Part shown: piece by piece, positions 8,664 through 16,781 of the stretch | Numbering within the stretch: position 1 is the first letter of the stretch | Layout of the letters: every line of letters starts with the position of its first letter | IMG/VR virus record: IMGVR_UViG_2920580016_000002 | Span: 26,285-90,284 of that record | Length of the DNA: 64,000 nt | Reading direction: 5' to 3' (one strand) | DNA from: a virus | Taxonomy: Duplodnaviria; Caudoviricetes | Notes under the pieces: generated by a model | Told to the model about the DNA's origin: nothing | Seen by the model: only the letters and a program-made list of their open reading frames with translations | Database searches by the model: none | Translations under genes and position numbers: made by a program

Positions 8664-9179
8664 TTAGTTGTTCCAGCGATTGTTTCTGGCCTCGCGATCG
8701 GCGCGGCCGGTCCTTCTGGTGAGTTCGCGGGAGACGAGGAAGACATCCCTTTCCAGGGCCTCGTAAACGGTCTCCGTGAGTTTCCGAACGGCGTAGGCGT
8801 TGGTCACGACCTGGCGGGCCTCTACAACGTCGGGGTCTTCATCGGCGGCGGCTTTTGCGGCGGAGACTGATTTCGCGGCTTTGCCGCTGATGAGAACCCG
8901 AGCCCGGCGCACGTCCAGCTCTGCCTCCGCGTCCTTCTCATCGATCGCCGCCAGACTGAGTTGGCCTCCGGCGTAGGCGACCCATGCGTTGAGCAGGGCG
9001 AACAGCTCCATCAGCTCGGCGTCCGCCAGCTCCGTCAGGTCCTTCGGCAGTCGCGGCCGGGACTCGTCGGGCTGCTCGGGCAGCTCCAGTCCGGCGGCTT
9101 CCAGCGCGAGCGTTGCTGCGCGACTTGCTTGGCTGGTCGGCTTCGTCTCGGACGTCTTGGTTCTGCTGATTCGGCGCAA
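8664..9179 (-). CDS. Coiled-coil protein, possibly UvsY-like recombination mediator
   Basis: SD GGAG before TTG 9179; helical, DEDPDV...Y...L pattern (function inferred). Confidence 0.6.
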   Translation of the reverse strand: MRRISRTKTSETKPTSQASRAATLALEAAGLELPEQPDESRPRLPKDLTELADAELMELFALLNAWVAYAGGQLSLAAIDEKDAEAELDVRRARVLISGKAAKSVSAAKAAADEDPDVVEARQVVTNAYAVRKLTETVYEALERDVFLVSRELTRRTGRADREARNNRWNN

Positions 9180-10167
9180 CGTCGCTCCAGCACTGGGAGA
9201 AGTAGGGGCAGGCTTTACAAGTGGAGGAATCGCGGTCGAATTCGCGCTCTGGGATCGTCCCGGTTTGGTAGACGGCATCCTTGATCGCGGTGGCCTTCTC
9301 CAGAAGAGGCTCTACGACGGACAGGTCCAGCGTGATCCCGAATTCCTTCGTCGCCTGGTTGGGCTTGAATTCGTAGATGAAGGAGCCGCGCCGGACCTCC
9401 AGGCCCATGAGGCGCATCGTGATGTAGAGGTATATCTGGAGCTGGCGGACATGGCTAGGCAGCGGCTCCTGAAGGTCGGCCCACAAGCCGTCCAGGTCGT
9501 AGAGCTTCTTGCCCGCCTCTTCGCTCTCGAAGTAGTACTTCTGGAGCAGCTTGGGCGCGTCCATGCGGAGGGTTCCCATGCCGATCGTCTTGATTTCGAT
9601 CAGCCGGGCCTTCTTCAGCAGCATGCCGTCGGAGTGGCCCTCAATCAGGAATTCCTTCTCGGCCCGAATCGGCACCTCGGCATACCGCACGGCCGGGGAT
9701 TTGCACTGTGGGCAGGTGACCGGGTCGAGCTGAATGCCGGTAAGCCAGCCGCAGTGCATGCACTTCCACTGGCCGTAGAGGTCGCCACCCAGTCGGAGCC
9801 AACCCTGCCATTTGTCGTGGAGCGCGTGTCCTGTGGCGAAAATGCCTTCCTGCTGGAAGTTGAACTCGCCCTTGGTCATCAGCTTACCGGCGCGGGCGTT
9901 CATGATCCGGTAGAAGGTGTTGCGGGCGCACCAGTCGTCCTTCGCCATCTCCGAGGGGTGGATGACGTCGGTACGGCGGTCGATCGGCTTGAGGTGCTCG
10001 GCGGCCAGGTCGTTGGAGATGTCCCCGAGAACGTCCCAGTGCGTTCCCTTGCGCTTGCTGATTTCGGCGAGAGTGCCGGTCAGCTTTACGGCAGGTCGTC
10101 GTCCTCGTCCGCTGCCTGCGCCAGGATTTCTTCCTCCGGCGCGTCCGGTTCCGTTGGCGGGTGCCAT
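8938..10167 (-). CDS. Cas4-like PD-(D/E)XK exonuclease with Fe-S/Zn cysteines
   Basis: HPSE..C, G..H, GHSDG, EIKT, QLQIY, C..CPY..QC; SD AAGGAGGTGA. Confidence 0.85.
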   Translation of the reverse strand: MAPANGTGRAGGRNPGAGSGRGRRPAVKLTGTLAEISKRKGTHWDVLGDISNDLAAEHLKPIDRRTDVIHPSEMAKDDWCARNTFYRIMNARAGKLMTKGEFNFQQEGIFATGHALHDKWQGWLRLGGDLYGQWKCMHCGWLTGIQLDPVTCPQCKSPAVRYAEVPIRAEKEFLIEGHSDGMLLKKARLIEIKTIGMGTLRMDAPKLLQKYYFESEEAGKKLYDLDGLWADLQEPLPSHVRQLQIYLYITMRLMGLEVRRGSFIYEFKPNQATKEFGITLDLSVVEPLLEKATAIKDAVYQTGTIPEREFDRDSSTCKACPYFSQCWSDVAPNQQNQDVRDEADQPSKSRSNARAGSRRTGAARAARRVPAATAEGPDGAGGRRADGAVRPAQRMGRLRRRPTQSGGDR

Positions 10168-10475
10168 TCCCAGTTCACCTCCTTCAGGGGAATCCCTGTG
10201 GCCTTAGCCTCTTGCCGCAATTTGTGCCGATCGTGGGGGAGCATTCCGCCCCACGTTCCGGCGCTTTCGTTGTTCACACAGGCGAATCTCAGGCAGTAGT
10301 CCCGAGCAGGGCAGGGGCCGTCGTAGACGTCGTTGCCGTTACAGACGCCCAGGACTTCCGGGTACTGCGCGGGGTCGAACCAAGGGTCGTCGTCGATATG
10401 TGGCCTGGCGTGGTGCACGCAACGAGCCCCGGCAGACCCCCAGTTGATCGATGGGATACGGAGACGCAGAACCAC
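10086..10475 (-). CDS. WhiB-family Fe-S transcription factor
   Basis: Four Cys (C..VC..CP...C) and GTWGG. Confidence 0.9.
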   Translation of the reverse strand: MVLRLRIPSINWGSAGARCVHHARPHIDDDPWFDPAQYPEVLGVCNGNDVYDGPCPARDYCLRFACVNNESAGTWGGMLPHDRHKLRQEAKATGIPLKEVNWEWHPPTEPDAPEEEILAQAADEDDDLP

Positions 10476-10777
10476 TACTCACCGACCATCTCGCGTAGAT
10501 CTTCGTCGGCGATGACGTCCCACTTTCGGCCGCACATTTCGATCTGGAAGACCATGGTTCTGCCGTCCATGAGCGCTATCTTCTCCGCTTCCCGCAATTC
10601 CTTGTCCGTGAGCCGGTAGGAGGCGGCGGAGGTGGTTTTGCATTCGATGGAGAAGCGCGCGGATCTGACGTCGTTTTTTCTGACCCAGCCGTTTCCAGAA
10701 CCCGAGTTTCGAGTGCCTTCCCACTGCTTGGCCGTCCGCTTCTCTTGGTTCTGAGAGGCTCGGTGTATCTTGCTCAC
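10475..10777 (-). CDS. Small PD-(D/E)XK nuclease (archaeal-type resolvase-like)
   Basis: QEKR.A, SGSG...KND, IECKTT; GTG 10777 in GTGA overlap. Confidence 0.8.
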   Translation of the reverse strand: MSKIHRASQNQEKRTAKQWEGTRNSGSGNGWVRKNDVRSARFSIECKTTSAASYRLTDKELREAEKIALMDGRTMVFQIEMCGRKWDVIADEDLREMVGE

Positions 10778-10986
10778 TTCTGCTGACTCCTGCGCATCAG
10801 CCGCTCGGTGAGCCAACCCATCATGATGACGAAGACGGCGAGGTTCTCGGCGATCCGCACCACATTCCACTGGAAGATCCCAGCGACGACCGCCATGGCA
10901 GCCCACATGGCCATGAACCCCAGAACAGCGGACACGAAATCGAGCTGGTCCAGCCAGGTGGCCAAGGTCATGAGACGCTTACGCAT
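10774..10986 (-). CDS. Small two-TM membrane protein
   Basis: Two hydrophobic segments; SD AAGGAGG. Confidence 0.75.
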   Translation of the reverse strand: MRKRLMTLATWLDQLDFVSAVLGFMAMWAAMAVVAGIFQWNVVRIAENLAVFVIMMGWLTERLMRRSQQK

Positions 10987-11221
10987 TAGCGGCCTCCTTC
11001 ACCCACGCCGCCGGAAGTTCGCCCTCGCGGGGCTTGCCCCAGAGGATCTGGTTGCCAGACGTGTGGAGGGCTTCCAGACCGACCTGTCTTGGCGGCCAGC
11101 ACTCGCCGCCCTTGTGGTGCACGTCGAAGGCCGTGATGCCAGTAAAGGTCCGGTGACAGCCGGAGCAGTGAGCGCGGGTTTCTCCGCCCCACTCAGCAGG
11201 GCAACCGCCGCAGGTAATCAT
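10979..11221 (-). CDS. FDXHR-type zinc-binding protein
   Basis: C..C...HC..CHRTF....AFD.H..G.C. Confidence 0.75.
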   Translation of the reverse strand: MITCGGCPAEWGGETRAHCSGCHRTFTGITAFDVHHKGGECWPPRQVGLEALHTSGNQILWGKPREGELPAAWVKEAANA

Positions 11222-11337
11222 CAGAGCACCACCAGCACAACAAACAGAGCGATGAGACCGAGGATGAGCGCGCCGACGCCTGCGAGGATCCACACCACGC
11301 CGTCTTCGACACGGCGATCTCTTCTGTGAGCGGACAT
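11221..11337 (-). CDS. 38-aa membrane peptide
   Basis: Read by hand: MSAHRRDRRVEDGVVWILAGVGALILGLIALFVVLVVL; coupled both ends. Confidence 0.65.
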   Translation of the reverse strand: MSAHRRDRRVEDGVVWILAGVGALILGLIALFVVLVVL

Positions 11338-11454
11338 TCAGCACTCCCCGTTTTCGCAGCGCTTGCGCATGTCCTCGTATGCGCTCCAGATGGCGTCAGC
11401 GGCCAGGAGGGTGAGCATTCCGGCCAGCAGGCCGAGACCGAGGATTACCTTCAT
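11338..11454 (-). CDS. 38-aa membrane peptide
   Basis: MKVILGLGLLAGMLTLLAA...; ATGA overlap. Confidence 0.65.
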   Translation of the reverse strand: MKVILGLGLLAGMLTLLAADAIWSAYEDMRKRCENGEC

Positions 11455-11717
11455 CGCGTGATCTCCCTGTGTGGGTGGGTCCAGTCGCAGGAGGGGCCAC
11501 CTGCGCGGTAGCCGTCGTAGATCACGCACGTCACGTACCAGCCGTCAGACAGCCGTATCTGTGTCTCGGCCCAGAAGTTTCCGCCTGTGTCCTCGTGCGT
11601 CCAGGAGTAGATCACTGGGGGGTTCTGCTGGGCCACAGCCGGGGTGTTGGTGCTGCATCCAGCCACGATGCCGACCACAGCGCCAGCGGCAGCGGCGATC
11701 AGCCAGCCGGGCCTCAC
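11451..11717 (-). CDS. Small lipoprotein
   Basis: VAGC lipobox after hydrophobic stretch. Confidence 0.7.
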   Translation of the reverse strand: MRPGWLIAAAAGAVVGIVAGCSTNTPAVAQQNPPVIYSWTHEDTGGNFWAETQIRLSDGWYVTCVIYDGYRAGGPSCDWTHPHREITR

Positions 11718-11812
11718 TAGTCTCTCCACATCTTCAGGCCGATCCACGCCATGCCGAGGAGGAAAGCGCAGAGGAGCAGCAATCGCAGGGTGTAGAAGAT
11801 CTCAGCAGCCAT
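11717..11812 (-). CDS. 31-aa membrane peptide
   Basis: MAAEIFYTLRLLLLCAFLLGMAWIGLKMWRD; TAATG coupling. Confidence 0.6.
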   Translation of the reverse strand: MAAEIFYTLRLLLLCAFLLGMAWIGLKMWRD

Positions 11813-12096
11813 TACTTGCCCACCTTCACCTGCGGCTTGGGCGGCTCCACCTTGGGAGGCGTGACGATCTTGGGCTGCGTCTGCACCTTCGGTGGGGTCA
11901 CTACCTTCGGCTGCGCCTGCGTCGGCCGGACTGGCACGTAGCGGGTGGCGGTGGGGCGGTGGTTGATGTCGAACTCGATCTCGACGCCACCATCTCCACT
12001 CGCGCCCGTGTCGGTGTAGCAGGCGTCATTCGACCCGCAGGCCGACAAGGTCAGGGCCGCCGCAGCGGCGAGACCGGCGATGAGAGGGCGATTCAC
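11812..12096 (-). CDS. Lipoprotein with Pro/Lys repeats
   Basis: LSAC lipobox; QPK(V/I)VTPPKV repeated twice. Confidence 0.75.
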   Translation of the reverse strand: MNRPLIAGLAAAAALTLSACGSNDACYTDTGASGDGGVEIEFDINHRPTATRYVPVRPTQAQPKVVTPPKVQTQPKIVTPPKVEPPKPQVKVGK

Positions 12097-12476
12097 TGGG
12101 GGTTCTCCATGATCTGGGTGAGTAGGTCGATTGCTTCGGCCCGAAATTCTTCAGTCTTGGTCGGCTCGCCGGAGGTCCACTGGAGCGTCTGGAGGTAGTC
12201 CCGCATCGCGCGGGCGTTGTGCTTCCAGACGATGTCCCGGCGGATACCTGTAAGCAGCCGGTCGGCCTGCTCCTGGGTCCGGCACACGGCGGCGAGGTAG
12301 CAGCCGGAGCAGCCCTCCAGGTTGACCACGCCGTACCGGCCTTTCGTGTCACGAAGAAGCAGACGGGTGTTTCCCCTGTAGAAGCCGTCTTCGACTCGGA
12401 GGAGTACTTCGTGGCCGAGAACCTTGATGAACTCCTCCAGGCCGCCGAATTCGTCGCTCCAGTCGAGTTCGCTCAT
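12093..12476 (-). CDS. Hypothetical protein
   Basis: Coupled ORF with GCSGC motif. Confidence 0.75.
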   Translation of the reverse strand: MSELDWSDEFGGLEEFIKVLGHEVLLRVEDGFYRGNTRLLLRDTKGRYGVVNLEGCSGCYLAAVCRTQEQADRLLTGIRRDIVWKHNARAMRDYLQTLQWTSGEPTKTEEFRAEAIDLLTQIMENPQ

Positions 12477-12574
12477 CGACTACCGATCATGTAAGCGAGC
12501 AGGACGTAGACAACAGCAGCGACGTAGCAAAAGCCGATGCCAGCGAAGATGTAGACGATGATGTCCCAGATCAT
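12473..12574 (-). CDS. 33-aa membrane peptide
   Basis: MIWDIIVYIFAGIGFCYVAAVV...; ATGA overlap with recA stop. Confidence 0.65.
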   Translation of the reverse strand: MIWDIIVYIFAGIGFCYVAAVVYVLLAYMIGSR

Positions 12575-13644
12575 TCGGATTCCTGCTCTCTCATGCGCTC
12601 GGAGTCGGGCTTTGCGGCCTCGATGAGAATCTTCGAGCGAAGCTCTTCTTGCAGGTCCAGCTCCTCGCGGATGCTGCCGAGAAGATCTTCCTTGCCCTTC
12701 CACTTCCGATCGCCGTAGGTGTAGATAGCACCGCCACGGCGGATGACGTCGTACAGAACGGCGTACACGAGGTATTCCTTGGCCAGGTCGTAGTCCCCCC
12801 GGAAATATCCGAGAAGGGGCGCGTCGGCGAAGTAGAAGTCCACGCTCGCGACCCGCTGCGGGGGAGCGCTCTTGTTCTTAACCGTCTTCGCCTTGATGAC
12901 CTGACCGACGCGCACCTTGCCCTTTCCGGGGCGGGCTTCGTCGATGAACTCGTCTCGTGTGATCTCGACCCGGCACCAGAAGGCGTAATTCTTGGCGTTG
13001 CCGCCGGGCGTTGTTTTCGGTGTTCCGCGCGGGCTGTATCCGCCGATCTGGTCGCGCCACTGGTTGATGAAGAAACAGGTGAGTGCCCTGTCGCTGCCAT
13101 CCATGCTGCGGATCATGGCCTCACCGACCTTGCGGAAGAACTTCCCGGTCAAGCGAGCGCCGACCGCCATGACGGCCTCGCTCATTTCCTTTTCCGACTC
13201 CTCAGAGGGAGTGAGGGCGGGGTAGGAGTCCAGGACTATGCAGTCAACGGTGCGCGAGGCCGCGAATTCCAAGATGGTCTGGTAGGCGAATTCCATCGCC
13301 TGCGTAGGGATGACGATTACTCGATCATTGTCTACTCCCAACTCTTCCGCGCGTTCGCGGTTGTAATGCTCGGCGGCTATCCAGAGGGTGGTGAATTCTG
13401 GGTTGAGAGCCTGGTTGGCCGCGATGGTCTTGAGGACGATCGTGGTCTTCCCGTGGCTTTCCTTCCCGATGATTTCGGTCCACTTGTTCGTGGGCCACCC
13501 GCCGCCGAGCATTACATCCAGCGCAAGGGACCCGCTGGTGATGTACTGCCCAGTCGCGATGTCGGAAGCGAGGGTGATCGAATTCTCCCCGTGCGTCTTC
13601 CGAACCTTGGCGATCAGCGCGAGTGCATCGCTATCGAGTCCCAT
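12571..13644 (-). CDS. recA: RecA/UvsX-family recombinase
   Basis: GSLALD..LGGG, EIIGKESHGKTT, IVLDS, FINQ.R, TPGG.A..YA. Confidence 0.93.
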   Translation of the reverse strand: MGLDSDALALIAKVRKTHGENSITLASDIATGQYITSGSLALDVMLGGGWPTNKWTEIIGKESHGKTTIVLKTIAANQALNPEFTTLWIAAEHYNRERAEELGVDNDRVIVIPTQAMEFAYQTILEFAASRTVDCIVLDSYPALTPSEESEKEMSEAVMAVGARLTGKFFRKVGEAMIRSMDGSDRALTCFFINQWRDQIGGYSPRGTPKTTPGGNAKNYAFWCRVEITRDEFIDEARPGKGKVRVGQVIKAKTVKNKSAPPQRVASVDFYFADAPLLGYFRGDYDLAKEYLVYAVLYDVIRRGGAIYTYGDRKWKGKEDLLGSIREELDLQEELRSKILIEAAKPDSERMREQESE

Positions 13645-13686
13645 GAGTGAGTTCCCTTTACTGACCATCGGCTTTGAACACGATCA

Positions 13687-13734
13687 ACGCTATTGGGTCC
13701 GCTCGCCCCGGTTCCACTAACCTAGTAACTGGTT
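13687..13734 (-). promoter_or_regulatory. AACCAGTTACTAGGTT box, 26-nt spacer, TAGCGT -10 upstream of recA
   Basis: Box 13719-13734; same box and spacing at 62485. Confidence 0.55.
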
Positions 13735-13743
13735 AAACGAGGA

Positions 13744-13771
13744 AATCCCCGCACCAACTGGCACGGGGATT
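13744..13771 (-). terminator. Terminator after RNR gene
   Basis: AATCCCCG/CGGGGATT followed by TCCTCGTTT. Confidence 0.65.
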
Positions 13772-13788
13772 CTCTGAGAAATGGCTAT

Positions 13789-15915
13789 CTACTGCACGTC
13801 GCAGCCCGCTGCGGAGCAGGCGTACTCCTGGCTGCCGGTCGTCATGTCGTCGAACTCATAGAAGCTGAGGTCGGCCCAGCGGACGGACGGCATGGCCGCG
13901 ACGGCGGCTTCGTACTCCTCCTTCGTGACCTCCTGGTAGGGGGCCTGCTTGTACGTGTGATCGGAGAAGGGGAGGAAGGAAACGCCGGACAGGTCGGCCC
14001 GGTGCTCCCAGACCCACTCCCGAACTTCGTCCCACTCGTAGGTGTAGGAGACCAGGGAGCGCATGAAGCTCAGAGCGTCGCCCTTGTCCGGGTCGTAGCC
14101 CTTGAGCAAGGCCGGGTTGTCACCGGCCATTCTCATGAGGGTGACCTTGTCTTCCAGCGTCAGGGCGTGAGCGATGAGCCGGAGTGCGAGGTCCTCGGGG
14201 AAGGGGCCGGGATCGGTGACCTTCGCGCCGCGAACCGAAACGGTGATGCTGGGCTTGTGCTCGCACCAGTACTTCTGGAACGCGAGCCACAGTTCGAGGT
14301 GCTCGATGGCGGTCATGTCCTTGCGGGTCAGTGCGCCCTTTGGAGCCCGCATGGGGAAGGTGAAGACCCAGTTGCTCGGCTGCATCACGTCGCGCTCGTG
14401 CGGAATCCCGGCGTCGATCATGAGAGCGGCCAGCGGGTCCTTCTCATCCGCCCGGACCGTGCGCAGGTAGTACGGCGCGTGGTAGGCGTGGATGCCAGCC
14501 GAGACGCCAGCGGCGGAGCTGGCGGTACCGGAGGGCTTGACACAGGTCGCGGCGGCGCTGGCCGGAATGCCGATCTCGTCGGCGAGGTTGAGGTTGACCC
14601 AGCGAACCGCGTCGCGGAGGTCCTCCAGCTCCGCCCAGGACCAAGGGTCGCCCTGACCGGCGGCCACGAAAGCGGGGCTGTTGACGATGCCCGTCTGGCT
14701 CACGCCCAGCAGGCGCTCATCTTCCGCGTTCTTCGTCCACTCCGGGCGCAGGATGTCGGTGTTGAACTTGGTCAGGGTGGACTGCCAGGTGCCGAGAATG
14801 GCGGCGATCCTGGCCTTACGCAGCAGGTCTTCGTGGGTGTCACGGCTCTGGACGACGACCTCGGACAGGTTGCACAGGCCATAAGGTCGCATAACAATTT
14901 CGCTACAAGGGTTGACACCATACTCAATATTGGGGTTACGGCGGCCCCAGCGGGAGGCGGTCCGGCGCAGAGCGTCACGGTTGATCAGGCCACGCTCACC
15001 GCTGCCGGAGGCGACCAGGTTGTCCCACTCCTTGTCGAATTGCTCGCGCGTGAGGCTGTCGTAGATGACGGCGGAGTTGTTGGCCAGGCTGCGGTGGGGA
15101 GCGACCGTCCACCACTCGCCCGACTTTGCCTTGGCCATGTCGGTGTCTTCGAGGTCGGACAGGCTGATCATCGCCGACCGGCGCACACCGCCCACGACGA
15201 CGACGCTGGCGATCTTGCAGGCCAGGTCGTGGACTTCGAGGGACGTGAGCTGGCGGCCCTGGGCCTCCCACAGCAGCTCGGCGGTGTACGCAAACAGCTC
15301 GGCCAGAGGTCCGGGGCCGGAGGCCCTGCCACCGAAGGTCTTCAGCCGCGCTCCGGCCGGGCGGATCAGCGACAGGTCCCAGCCCGGCTGCTTGCCCTCG
15401 ATCCACATGCTGCGCAGCAGCTCGCGGTAGGCGATGGCCCAGCCCTCCTTGGAGTCCTCCACGACGATCACGGTCTCTGGCGTCTCGAAGATCTCGGCCA
15501 CGGCCGGGAGCTGGGAGATGTAGCGGTGCTCGACGGAGAATCCCACACCCGTGCCACACATGAGGATGTAGAGGATCTCGTGGAAGGCGGCCAGGTCGGC
15601 GATGGGGAGATAGCTACAGTTGAAAGCCGCCATGTTCTCCCGCTGAAGCGCGGGGCCAGCCGTCATGAGCGCTCTCATGGACGGCAGGACTTCCATCTCG
15701 CGAATCGCCTCGCGAACCTCGGCGTAGGTGTCAGCCGGAATCTCATAGGCGAACTTCTCGGCGAGGTGACCGCGCATGAAGTTCATGTAGCGGTCTACGG
15801 TCTCGGCCCACGTCTCGCGACGGCCTTCCTCCTCCAGCCACCTGGCATAGCGGGAAAGGACGATGTAGTTGCGAAACGGGTCCTTGAGGGAACCATCGGG
15901 GTTAAGAATGGTCAC
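13789..15915 (-). CDS. nrdJ: Class II (B12-dependent) ribonucleotide reductase
   Basis: PSMRALM, FNC, VVGGVRRSA, NPCSEI, CNLSE, CVKPSGT, terminal C.A..C. Confidence 0.95.
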   Translation of the reverse strand: MTILNPDGSLKDPFRNYIVLSRYARWLEEEGRRETWAETVDRYMNFMRGHLAEKFAYEIPADTYAEVREAIREMEVLPSMRALMTAGPALQRENMAAFNCSYLPIADLAAFHEILYILMCGTGVGFSVEHRYISQLPAVAEIFETPETVIVVEDSKEGWAIAYRELLRSMWIEGKQPGWDLSLIRPAGARLKTFGGRASGPGPLAELFAYTAELLWEAQGRQLTSLEVHDLACKIASVVVVGGVRRSAMISLSDLEDTDMAKAKSGEWWTVAPHRSLANNSAVIYDSLTREQFDKEWDNLVASGSGERGLINRDALRRTASRWGRRNPNIEYGVNPCSEIVMRPYGLCNLSEVVVQSRDTHEDLLRKARIAAILGTWQSTLTKFNTDILRPEWTKNAEDERLLGVSQTGIVNSPAFVAAGQGDPWSWAELEDLRDAVRWVNLNLADEIGIPASAAATCVKPSGTASSAAGVSAGIHAYHAPYYLRTVRADEKDPLAALMIDAGIPHERDVMQPSNWVFTFPMRAPKGALTRKDMTAIEHLELWLAFQKYWCEHKPSITVSVRGAKVTDPGPFPEDLALRLIAHALTLEDKVTLMRMAGDNPALLKGYDPDKGDALSFMRSLVSYTYEWDEVREWVWEHRADLSGVSFLPFSDHTYKQAPYQEVTKEEYEAAVAAMPSVRWADLSFYEFDDMTTGSQEYACSAAGCDVQ

Positions 15916-15948
15916 AGAAAGCGGCTTTCTCTGCGAAATTGCGGGGGG

Positions 15949-16383
15949 TTAGCTGACCGATCCGTTCGGTCCGATGTGCGCGAATACGTTGCCGAAGCTG
16001 AAATTGTTCGCGGTGCTGACCTGTCGAGCGGGCGCGACTGGCGCTCCAGGCTCGGTCGGCACATGCATGCCGGACGTGGAGTGCTCCACGGGATAGCCAC
16101 AGGCGGTGCAGCGCGGCCGGATGTTGGGCTGGCCGGGCACTGGCAGGAGCGTGTCCTTGTAGCAGGACGGGCAGGTGGTCTCAGCCTGCGCGCTCTTGGC
16201 CTGGTGAGGCTTGTACTCCTGCGGCTGCTCAGGCTGATGCTGGGGCTGAGGAGCTGGGACGGGCTGCGGGCGCTGGGGGATGCCCTGCTGCCACCATGCC
16301 TGGCTTGCGGCCTGGGCAGGCTGAGCGGCCGGTGCCTGCTGCGGCCGGGCCTGGGCGAGACGCTGCTTCCAGAAGTCGCTCAC
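15949..16383 (-). CDS. Gln/Pro-rich protein with zinc ribbon
   Basis: CPSC...RCTACGYP. Confidence 0.75.
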   Translation of the reverse strand: MSDFWKQRLAQARPQQAPAAQPAQAASQAWWQQGIPQRPQPVPAPQPQHQPEQPQEYKPHQAKSAQAETTCPSCYKDTLLPVPGQPNIRPRCTACGYPVEHSTSGMHVPTEPGAPVAPARQVSTANNFSFGNVFAHIGPNGSVS

Positions 16384-16781
16384 TTCTGCATGCCTCCCTT
16401 GCGGACCATGGAGCGAAGTCCGGACGCTTCGTCGGCCATGAGGTTGCCGATGATCGCCGACGAGCAGATGGAGATGATCTGCGTGTAGCTGGCCTTGAGG
16501 GCGGCGAGCTGCTCGGGCTCCAGGTCCTCCAGGTCGGAGGGGTCCAGCACCTTCATGAGGATGATGTCCGTGCAGATCTGGGACATCAGCTCGATGCGCG
16601 GCTCGTAATGCTCGACGGCCTCGGACCGGGCATGGGAGTGGGCGTGCTCCATGTCGGCGGTGTCGCCGGACGGGGGAGTCAGACCCATGGCGATCATGCC
16701 CTGCACGGCCTCGTCACACGGGAGCAGGTCATATGCGAGGCGCGTCTGGTACATGGGCTTGGCGTTGATGTAAGCGGTCAT
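16380..16781 (-). CDS. Hypothetical protein
   Basis: ATGA/GTGA coupling. Confidence 0.75.
   Translation of the reverse strand: MTAYINAKPMYQTRLAYDLLPCDEAVQGMIAMGLTPPSGDTADMEHAHSHARSEAVEHYEPRIELMSQICTDIILMKVLDPSDLEDLEPEQLAALKASYTQIISICSSAIIGNLMADEASGLRSMVRKGGMQK

Noticed and set aside
10086-10092. GTA start for the Cas4-like gene at a GTAA overlap
   Set aside because: A perfect SD precedes ATG 10167, a simpler explanation.
14911-14940. TTGACA on the plus strand inside RNR as an antisense promoter
   Set aside because: No TANNNT at 17-18 nt spacing.
13957-16488. Long plus-strand ORFs (843 aa here; also 41712-43709, 45105-47177 and others)
   Set aside because: Antisense shadows of high-GC3 minus-strand genes; no motifs or RBS.
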